A program made the position numbers and the translations under genes. DNA of 64,000 bases, from positions 3,224,001-3,288,000 of the forward strand of contig JBLDXI010000029.1 of assembly GCA_047495785.1 (NCBI GenBank), read 5' to 3'. The notes below the pieces were generated by a model, which was not told the origin of the DNA, ran no database searches, and was given only the letters and a program-made list of their open reading frames with translations. This document shows, one piece after another, positions 12,158-22,635 of the stretch (positions are counted from its first letter, which is position 1; every line of letters starts with the position of its first letter). This DNA is from Lepidodermella squamata. Its lineage: Eukaryota; Animalia; Gastrotricha.

Positions 12158-15106
12158 CTATTTGCATCCATCGGCTTCGCAAACTGAAACAAAATCAGAG
12201 CAAATTTTAGTTGCCTAGAAATTTGAAAAGATGTAATTCCGAAAGGGAATCGCAGCTTTATGTAGCAAGAATATTGTTGTCGTACCTTCAGCAACTGAAA
12301 ATAACTTGGATAGAAGTGAATTCTTCATAGGTAGCTACGGTGCTAACTTACGTTTTGAGCAGTCGGACCCGGTGAAACCCGCATCGCAGGCGCACGTGTT
12401 CGGGGCGACGCATTGGCCGCGCAGGAAACATCGCTTCTGGCATACAGCTTTAGCAGAAAAAATATAAAAATTATCAATAAAAAAATAAATCAGTAATTGG
12501 ATGAAACTATTTTTATGGCTAATATTAGGGATTCTGACTTCGGGTTTATTTTGAAATATTAATTTAAAATTGGGACAAAAATTAAACTAAACGGTAACAA
12601 GTGAGGTTTGGCGAGATTTATGACACTGTGAGATTTCGTTGCCCCTTTCAAGATCAAGTAACGAGGATTCGAACGATATCAAAAGGGGGTTTATAGTCAC
12701 CAGGGTTGCTGAGAAAATGGGCTGCAAAGTTTCGAAGCTTCAAATTTCCGAAAAATGCGGTCTCACAAAATTTGGTTTCTACATTGCATCGATAATTCGT
12801 CGCGCAATATATTCTGATGTTATTTACTACGCTTTTGTAGTATCAACCTAATTCTTCCACGTCAACCTAAATCTATAAGCCTTTTCGGCTTTGGGGTTCT
12901 CCCGTCTTTTGAGGAGGATGGGAGCCTCGTAGAGTCTCAATTTAGAAAACTCGGAATCCTCGAGAAAAACTGAGTAAGAACATTTAGAAATCCAAGAATC
13001 GTCCCTCTTCAAGTCAACAAACTGTTTGGCATTTGTTGGAACATGCGCCAAATCCCACTTTCCACTTGTTAATAATAAAAAGATACTGAATAATTCTACA
13101 AACGCGCTAAACAATCTGGTGGCTTCCAGTCTGACGTGCAGATGCATCGACCGGGGCGAACACACGTTCCGCCATTTGCACAACCAGCCGGGCATAAAGC
13201 TGCAGTGATACAAGTAACTGAATATCGTTCGACTACCTTATGACAATGAGAAATTACGTGTATCGCAACGTCCACCAGTCCATCCCGGAGCGCAGGTGCA
13301 TACGTCGACAGCCGAGCAGTTACCTCCGAGGCCACACGCTGGGCTACAAGCCGCTTTGAATTAAAAGCAGATTTTCAAACAATCCAGATACAGGAAGAAC
13401 CGTTCGAACTTACGCCTGCGGCAATCCCAACCAGTCCAACCTGCTTCGCACGTGCATTTGTAGCCACCGAGGCGGGACAGATCCCCAACACATGACTTAG
13501 GTTGGCAGTTTGGGGCGCACGTGATTTCTGTTAAATTTTCGTGCAAATAACAGTTAGAAGCATGAAGCATCCTCAAGAGTACTTTCAATTTGACCATAAA
13601 CAAGTGAAACGTGGGGTTTAGCGTTTAGCGTATTTTCTGTATTTTTCAGCGAATGGCACAAAATGTGTCGACTAGATAAGGGACGATTTTTGGATTCCTA
13701 AATGTTCTTACTCAATTTTCTCGAGGATTTCGAATTTTCAAAATGGAGGCTTCTATGAGGCTCCCATCCACCTAAAAGGACGGGTGCCACCAAAGTCTAG
13801 CCGAAAGACTCATCGATCTCGATTGACGGGGAAGCACTAGCTTGATTCCATACATTTTTTAGAATATCTAGCAAGATTCCTCGCCCGAGAGATTGGATCA
13901 AATAACATAAGAATGCGCGACGAAGAGTTAACGCAAAAGAATTGGCGCAAAAAACTTAATTTTTTAAGCGCGCATTCATGGAAATTTCCAATTTTCACCC
14001 GTAAATTCTGAAGCTTGTTTTCTCAGCTACCCTACCATGATGACTATCAGCCTCCTTTTGATATCGTTCGACTTCTCGTTCTATGATCTTGAAAGAGGCA
14101 TCAAAATCTCACGATGTCAAACATTTTGCCAAACCTCACGTTTCACTTGTTAACAGTCATTTTTGGTTCTTGGGGGTACAGTTAGTTTAACGAGAAGACC
14201 GAAGAATCCAAAAATGACTTATGAATCTGGGTAAAACAATTGCATTCAACCCTCTCATTGCATTAAAATGCATCCTCGTAAACCTCGGGGTTTGCCTTAC
14301 GATTGATAAGCTGGCACTGTTGTCTCAAAATTGCCATTTGTCCGAGGGATAACACAGCTTTGTGTACTGAAACACAGGCGTACTTCATGTTGAACGTATA
14401 AATGTCCCTATAGAAGACAATTGAGCATGTATTATATTCAACTATCAATCTTCATTCTTGATGAATTGATAGTTGCTAACCTTTTTCCTAACGTCAAAAG
14501 GGAGCTGGTTGAGGCTGGAGAGTTGCTGAAGCTTGGAGTGATTGCTGTGTCACAGACACCGTAAAACGATGAGTTTGCAGCGTTGTAAATCATCGCAACA
14601 AATTGCCACGCTGAGAAATCACACGCTATTTCCGTCCAGTTTACGTTTAGATTAGACACGTATAAAAAATTCGGTGTCTGATCCCCGTCAGCTTGTTTAC
14701 TATAACGCCATATATGACCTTTCGCATCTCCATTTGCGCTCCACTCGAAAATACCACTTTTACGTGGGGCGAAGACATAACCAGCTATTGTGAACGAAGA
14801 TGTGCCCATGTCTATTCTAGAATCGTTAACTTCGATCCAACTTGTAGTGTCAGCTTTGTTAGTCTCCCAAGCTGTATTCGGGGCTCCGAACGGTCCCTGA
14901 GCCAACACACCCATGCTTGTTCTGAAAGCAGCGTCCAGCGAAATGCCAGATGCGTCACGTGTGCCGAACAGCTCGTTAAATGGCCAAAACGCTACCAAAT
15001 TTGGAAAATTGAACGCTTGATTCGTTTTGAATTGAGCGACATAAGTCTGGCCATTCACTACTAATGAGTGGACCAGGCAAATGGCAGAAATTAAACTTGA
15101 TTTCAT
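12158..15106 (-). CDS. Secreted LamG/ConA-like (pentraxin/Laminin_G_3-type) domain + 4 EGF-like repeats, copy A (8 exons incl. 9-nt microexon 12286-12294)
   Basis: Signal peptide MKSSLISAICLVHSLVVNG. LVAFWPFNE..GTRDASG, SFTIAGYV and WQFVAMIYN are LamG3-like motifs. EGF exons CTCEAGWTGWDC, CTCAPGWTGGRC, CANGGTCVRPGRCIC, CACDAGFTGSDC. Ends VCEADGCK*. Confidence 0.85.
12596..13070. mobile_element. MITE (AACAAGTG...CACTTGTT TIR family), intronic
   Basis: Ends aacaagtgaggtttgg and cccactttccacttgtt. Body is the reverse complement of 13599-14151. Shorter relative at ~46675-46795. Confidence 0.7.
13599..14151. mobile_element. MITE (AACAAGTG TIR family), intronic, inverted relative to 12596-13070
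   Basis: aacaagtgaaacgtggggttt ... aaacctcacgtttcacttgtt. Shares the gatcttgaaagaggc/gatatcgttcga blocks with 12596-13070. Confidence 0.72.
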
Positions 15107-16293
15107 ATAACGCGAGAAATTATCGAATTCGTTGCACGGAAAGGCAGCTGTATGCAAAACAAGAATTTTACGCCGTGTGGGTAGAGAAATGTCGTGAATA
15201 ATGAATGAATGCGCGTTCACGCGTTCCGAGCAACAACAGCAGGATTTCGGTTAACGATCGACTATGATTAGAATGTCTCATCGAGCCGACGCCGCGCATA
15301 TCGGCGACACTTTTCGTGTTGGTTTATTCGATTTTCACGTGAGTTGGTCATGCTTTCCAAACTCAAACCAATATTTGTAAGCTGTTTTTCATAGTGAAAG
15401 ATTGGGTTGGCATTGTTAATCATAATGTATAAAAATGGTTGTACAGTAAGGTTATATCATTAAATCGTTCGTGGCACGGAAGAACCGGCGATTCAATCTA
15501 CACTGTCGAACCGAGCATTCATAAACGCGGGTCTGAGGGATCAGAGAAACGGTTCGAATGATGGATGTCGAATAAACGCGTCCTGTCGCAGCGCACGTGC
15601 GATTCGAACGCCTTAAGCATGTGCGACATGGCATTCGTAATATTAGTGAATCCAATTCGAAGTTTTAACTAAGTGAGTGTACACGTGTATCCAGCGTGAT
15701 GAAGTCAAAGTCACCTGCCTTCAGTTGCGTCATTGCATAGTTCGATTCCGCGTCATTAGAGTGAACGGCTTCAATCTAATTGGTCTAGAAGTCGCAGAGC
15801 CGAATTAGATCATTTTAATCAAATCTATGTTCATATAAAGGGAGTTCTCCGTCAAAGGGCCACAGTGGTAATTTAGGCTATAAACGAAACTAAGCGAAAG
15901 CGGGATCTTCGAGAAGTAAGGAAATTTTTGATATCAAAATAAGATTAATTTATTTTCTACTACAGTTCACTCATTCTCAGATCCGTAAAGGACGTCCGGC
16001 TGAAAATCAGGGTGCGAATTACAGGGTTGTCGTTTTTAGATGCCAAACACAAAAAGGCTGAAATTACCTAAGGCGGAATTCCTTGGTTTCTTCGACTAGG
16101 CACTAAAAAAGACCTCAGGTTACTTCTCGGAAACCGGACGTTCCTTACGTGTGTCGAATATAATTATGGTGCATTGTATAATGTATTGTCACAGAAGCTC
16201 CTTAATTCGCTCTGTAAAAATCCTCTGGTTGACCAGGCAATATTTAATAGACAGAATTGTAATATGCGTCGAAATCCAAAGAGTTGCCATTTG

Positions 16294-19008
16294 TTATTTA
16301 CATCCATCGACGTCACAAACTGAAACGAAAGTGGAGTAAATTTCAGTTTCCTCGAAATTCGAACAGCTCTTAAATGCCAAAGAAAAGGCTAGAGCTTTGC
16401 TGCCGTACCTTCTTCGGCTACTGAAATATACTTTGGATGAGTGAATTCTTCGTGGGTAGCTAAGGTGATAACTTACGTTTTGAGCAGTCGGACCCTGTGA
16501 AACCCGCATCGCAGACGCACGTGTTCGGGGCGATGCATTGGCCACGCAGGAAGCATCGCTTCTGGCAGACAGCTTTTTCAAAGAATAAAAATTGATCAGG
16601 AAAGCAATTACGAATTACATGCTAAGTGAGCTGGGGTTTTAGCTTGTGAATTCCCCTCAATTATCGCGTTCGGAGTACCCTATAATTCACCTATTTATAA
16701 ATGTTTACGGAATTCATCCTTAAAGGTGACCCTGATTCATTTACTCAGCCTAATTCATCCTAATTACTTGCACCTTATTTACACATGCTGCTTGTGTCTT
16801 CTCTATAGGACGATTTTTTCTGGTGTATTATTGTATTATTATCATCAGATTTTTATGAATAATCTTATAGTGGTTCAACTTGATGACACTTGAAACATCG
16901 AAATACGAAAATTATATACCTATTTTTTAATTTTGATGCAAATTTTTAAAACTACAGCTTCAATCGACGGAGTACTGTATATTAAAACTGAAAAAATCCA
17001 CAAACGTGTTAGACAATCTGGTGGCTTCCAGTCCGACGTGCAGAGGCATCGACCGGGGCGAACACACGTCCCGCCATTTGCACAACCGGCCGGGCATATA
17101 GCTGCAGTAGTACAAGTAAGATTGATCATCGTTCGATTACCTTATGACAATGAGAAATTACGTGTATCGCAACGTCCACCAGTCCACCCCGGAGCGCAGG
17201 TGCATACGTCGACAGCCGAACAATTGCCTCCGAGGCCACACGCTGGACTACAAGTCGCTTGATTTTCAAATAGATTTTCAAACAATCCATAATGGAAGAA
17301 CCGTTCGAACTTACGCCTGCGGCAATCCCAGCCGGTCCAGCCTGCTTGGCAAGTGCATTTGTAGCCACCAAGGCGGGACAGATCCCCAACACATGTCTCA
17401 GGTTTGCAATTTGGGGCGCACGTGATTTCTGTTCACATTTCGAGCAAACAGTTGGAAACATGGAGAATGAAGTGATAAGTATTACGATTAATCATCCTGA
17501 GTAATCTTAATTATTTTTAGGTATTCTTACGGATTCCGAAGCATTAGGGAGGCCGAAGAATGAAAAATGGCTAATGAATACCATATATACCGATTTATTG
17601 GGCTCTGCCTTGTAATTTTTTCAATCAACCCGCAACCCGCAACGAGACCTGCCCTTTATTTCGGCCCGGCCCTAATTTATTTAGCTGCTGTTGAACTTTG
17701 ATCTGATATATACCGATTTATTGGGCTCTGCCTTGTAATTGTTTCAATCAGCAACCCCTTTGCCCATTATTTCTGCCCCATATCTATTGAAGTGAAGCTC
17801 CAATGGTCGCCTTGTATGGGTCGATGTGCTACAAAAGGACGCGATTCTTTTAGCTACACAAATGTGGAACTGCTTATACCAAATAGCTGCTGTCATCACA
17901 TTCCGTAATGAACGATCCTTCCAGCTACAACACCCGTTACTATGAGCCGACAGTTCGAGTCTTAGCTATCGAGGTCCCGACCTTTGGAATCAACTGCCGA
18001 TTGCCGATGAATGTTCACCAGTCTGAGACAGCTCTGGCGCGGCGGGAAGCCACTCACTCGCACTTTTTTGAAAAAATTCTGCTGAATTCAAATAATTTCA
18101 TACGGTAATAATAAATAAATTCTAATTCTGAACATGAGATAAGTATATGTATCGAAAAAAATGCATTCAGCCCCCTCGAAAAACATCCTCTGGGTTTGCC
18201 TTACTATTGATGAGCTGGCACTGTTGTCTCAAAATCGCCATTTGTCCGACGGATAAAGCAGCTTTGTGAACTGAAACACAGGCGTACTTGTTGTTGACCG
18301 ATGAAGCTGAACTCACCCTGGGAGGCAATTATTCGTAACATTTCGAATATCATTCATAGCAAATTTGATTTGTGCAAACCTTCTTCCGAGGGTGAAAAGT
18401 GAGCTGGTTATGGAAAAAGAGTTGGTAACACTTGAGCTGAACGTTGTATTACAAACACCGTAAAGTGATGAGTTTGCAGCGTTGTAAATCATCGCAACGA
18501 ATTGCCACGATGCGTAATTACAGGCAACTTCAGTCCAACCTCCGTTGTTATTAGCGGCATGTAAAAAATTGGGCGTCGGATTCCCTTCATTCGCCATATT
18601 ATAACGACATAAATTGCCTTTCCATGTTCCAACTCCGCTCCATTCGAAAATATAAGCACTGACTGGGACAAAGACAAAGCCAGCGACTGTGAACGAAGAT
18701 GTGCCCATGTCGATTCTAGAATCGTTAACTTCAATCCAACTTGTTGTATCAGCTTTGTTCGTCTCCCAGGCTGTTTTCGGGGCGCCAAAGGGTCCCTGGG
18801 TCAAGACACCCACGTTTGTTTTGAAAACAGCGTCCAGCGAATTGCCCGATGCGTCGCGTGTGCCGAACAGCTCGTTGAGTGGCCAAAACGCAACGATATT
18901 CGGGAAATTAACGGCTTGATTCATCTTAAACTCTGCAATGTACGTCTGGCTATTCACCATTAGTGAGTGGACCAGTAGGCAAATGGCAGATATTAAACTT
19001 GATTTCAT
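16294..19008 (-). CDS. Secreted LamG/ConA-like + 4 EGF protein, copy B (8 exons incl. 12-nt microexon 16409-16420)
   Basis: Tandem paralog of 12158-15106 with the same exon structure. MKSSLISAICLLVHSLMVNS...IVAFWPLNELFGTRDASG. Ends VCDVDGCK*. Confidence 0.85.
17840..18070 (+). mobile_element. Degenerate 3' fragment of a CR1/L2-like LINE ORF2, intronic
   Basis: Similar to 50030-50326 (NDPSSYNTRYYEPT vs NEPSQYETRHFEPT; tatcgaggtcccgacctttggaatcaactgccg = YRGPDLWNQLP). Confidence 0.55.
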
Positions 19009-19669
19009 ATCAAGAAAATTACAAATCTTTTGCACGAAAAGCAAAATGCAAAATTAAATTAAGAATTGTGCGCCGTGTGGGTAGAGAAATTTCGTGAATA
19101 ATGAATGAATCAACGATCGTTCATGGGTTCCGGGCAACAACATTTCGTTTTGCGATCGACTATGATTAGAATGTCACATCTCGCCGACGCCTTGCGTGCG
19201 CTATGCTAGTCGATTGTTTCGATTTTCACGTGAGTCGCGCCTCACATTGTCTTTCATTAACTTGGGAGGTTTCAGTGTGTTCAAGGTTAAAGTTGAAAAA
19301 AGTTGCAAGCAGCTTGGTCAGTCAGTCGTACCCATGACCTGCGTTCTTTAATTATCTCGTCGAGATGAATCGTTTGATATCAAATTCGAGCAGTTTTTTT
19401 CGATTTATTCATGCGATTTTATGCTGGAGATTTCATAGTTCCTGAAGAAAATTCGACTCTCTCAAAAAATCTCACCTGAAGTTGCGGGAAAGTGCGGTAC
19501 TTGCTTGGGGTAATTCGCACCTGTCAGAAACTAGGTCAAACCTGGTACAGGTAGCAATTTAAAATTTCAGAAAGAATTCTGATAAATACACCGGTCCAAT
19601 TTCCTCTAACAGCCTTGAAAAGGCCAAATTCCTAACGTTAACAGGTGATTTCACTTCAATCAACATATA

Positions 19670-20038
19670 CAGCGTGTCCCATAGGTAACGGAAAAACAGG
19701 CGGAAATGCACGGAAAAGGGATCTGGAGATCTAGAGGGGAAATTATATCTTATGTTCAGAGAAATCTAAAAAATCTAAAGTGCCATAAGAATAGTAAGTC
19801 TAATTTGAATGGGATTAAATTGAATCCTAAAAGATTTGATCCAACAAGGTAAAAACCGAAAATTACCGAACCATCTACCATCGGGGTTTCGAGGGTTTTT
19901 TCCGGGAAATTTACAATTTCTTCGGTAAAATCGAGGATAAATGATGGCAGATTGGCTTCATTTATATAATTCGATTTAATTTCTTTAAAAAAATTGCAAA
20001 GAATTGCAAAATGGTTGCGCAACTTATGGGGCACGCTG
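19670..20038. mobile_element. Tc1/mariner-type MITE
   Basis: ta|cagcgtgtcccata ... tatggggcacgctg|ta. Body homologous to 11065-11718 and to a fragment at ~24950-25090. Confidence 0.75.
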
Positions 20039-20338
20039 TAGCTTGTTCGAAAAGACCATAGAGGCCAGGTTCGCCAGGGTTTTTGCCAGGTACGGTATCG
20101 AAACTACCGGAATAACATTCTGCTAGCCGGATTTTACTCACTAAACGCATTTAGGTCAAAAAATTATCAAATTATTATCAACAAATTGCACATATTTTAT
20201 TTGTTCAAAAGGCTGCAGGTGAAAAAAACACGGATATAAAAAAAGCAATATAAACCAGTAATTATAATATCGATCGTCGCGTGATAATAAAAAATAGCTC
20301 AATGCGCAAATGATTTCTGAACATTCAATCCAAAATCC

Positions 20339-22565
20339 TCAGTTCGGCCTATTAACAGTCACCGGGTAAATGCCGAACATAACAACCGGCGTGAAGCATA
20401 TACAGGCGAGGTAAAGCAGGCCAACCACGCGTTCGGTAACAACGGCTAAAAAGTGCCACTGAGCCTCGCGGTACGTTAAATTGTCGCTCCCTGTAAAAAC
20501 GCCGACAACATCGCCAACTTCCGCTTTCTGTCCTTCCCTCATTCGCCGGTCAGCCATGTTCGTTTTAGGCCTCGAATCGCCGCCGTTGATATCGTGAAAA
20601 TCCGTCCTATTCATGCCATTCATAACGCCTTTAACCCCATTCGCGACATTTTTCGAATTACCATTAAGGTGGTTTTCGTCCGATTTTTCGGTATTATTAT
20701 TACCGTTTTCGGTATTTTCGGGCGGAACTTTTCGGGTACTTCTCGGAATTTTTGAGCGAAGATTGACGACGGTTGCTACTACGCAAGTGACGCTGAATAA
20801 CCAATTTGGCATTCGAGTTGCTGTAGATTCGTTGTTTTCTTCAATCATGCTCAGAGCGTAGAGCGCAAAACCTTCGCCCAACTGAGGAAAAAATCTGGAA
20901 AAATCGGAAAAAATTCCAGAAAATTACCGAAAATTTACCATCGATATTGAGATAAAAGCCATTTGTAGATTAATGTAAATCGATAGCAAAGGTATATGCT
21001 GACTGGATCTAAAAATCGAAATAATATTTCCAAATTCAAGTCAAGATACCTTTGAAATTCGAAAATTGAAAATTCGGTGAAATTGAAAATTTTGGAAAAA
21101 TTGGCAAATTGATATTCAAGTCAAAAAAAATTGAACTTGATATTTGAAATTGAAAAAAATTGAAAAAATTAAATTTTAGGAATTTTGAATAATTTTGGAA
21201 AATTGAAACAATTTAAATGTGAAAAATACGAAAATTTGAAAATAATTGAATGCGTTTCTGTAAATTCTCACCTTGGCAAATCGCCAACAACCATTAGCTG
21301 GAATACGGAATAGGCTAGTAGGCACGTGAATGAAATTTCGACCTTTTCGACATGTCCCACTGGAACGCCGAAATTCGCAAGGTGAGCAATAGAAATAAGG
21401 CAACTGGGTATGACCACGTTCATCCTAAAATAATAAAAAATGCAGAGAAAATTCTTAGATTTTCAATTTTTTTACATGTAATATTCGATTTTTCGCTTCA
21501 CGGTGAAATGAAATTCAAGATGGTCGAACGAGGCGCTAGGATCGGCATAGGTAACATTGACCTTGGTCTGGGTTGTTGCTATCAAGTCCCATTGTTCATT
21601 TTCTTTGAAATATTTTTTCGACACATTGCCAACAAAATACAGCGACATGAATTGCCTCGTATATCGCCAACTAATTATTTTTAAAAAATCACAAAAAAAT
21701 AAAAAACATCGCGCAATACCTTTCCAGCTCTAAGGAACAGGTCTGGAAAATTTAGAAAAAATTCAAAATTTTAATTATTGAATATTTGAATTATTTACCT
21801 GAGTATCGAATGGGAAAAGCGTCAAATCCAATTCGCAATAGACCGAAAATGTCCCACCAGGGCTGTATAAAATGTAACCATTCGAGTAAACTCGAACTTT
21901 TTCATCGTCTTTCCCCATCAGGATGTAACGACTTTCAGAATTCATCTAAAAATATGAGAAATTCTGAATTTTAAAGGAATTATTTTTAAATAATTACCTG
22001 AGCTATGTCTGGCAGCCAAACTTCGTCAGCAGGGAGTACTAAAAAATTAATAAAAAAAATTCAAATATTGAAAAATTTAAATTTCAACTACGAACCAACA
22101 TATTCAACGCAATTGTATGGAAAGTCTTTAATCCAATATCTGAAATGATCCTCCCATCTCTGAAATAATGAAATTTCATTGAATTTCAAAAATTTCAATT
22201 TTTTTTATATTTTACCACACTCAGATATCCGGTAATTTTCATAATTCGCTCTCTCTCAATCTAAAACAAAATTTTGAATTTCAAAAAAAAATTAAACAAA
22301 ATTAATATCTTACGACGTCGTTGATTTGGGACACGCCAAAGGTGAGGTAAACATCAACAGAGTCATTAGCGTTCAACCTTGGCCGTTGCCATTTTCCATA
22401 TGGAGTAAAATATTTATCCGCAACTTGTTGCTCTGTAACCGCAGATTCAGGATTTTCACGCTTGCAACCAGCCGCTTTTGTTTTCGGCGGGCCAAATGGC
22501 TGTTGGCAGCGAGCCAAAATTATTAAATTAATCAGCAATAAATTAATTTTTATAAAATTCGACAT
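20339..22565 (-). CDS. Cys-loop ligand-gated ion channel subunit (nAChR-like, non-alpha), paralog 2, ~10 exons
   Basis: Signal peptide, RPRLNANDSVDVYLTF, WLPDIAQ, Cys-loop CELDLTLFPFDTQ|TC, SWRY, M1 NVVIPSCLIS, M2 EKVEISFTCLLAYSVFQLMV, M3 IPLLSIY, and REAQWHFLAVVTER leading into M4. Confidence 0.92.
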
Positions 22566-22635
22566 TTTTCAGAAATTTCTAAAAAATTTGAAAAATTTGA
22601 AAAAATTATTTCAATTTTTTTAAATGGATTTTTTT

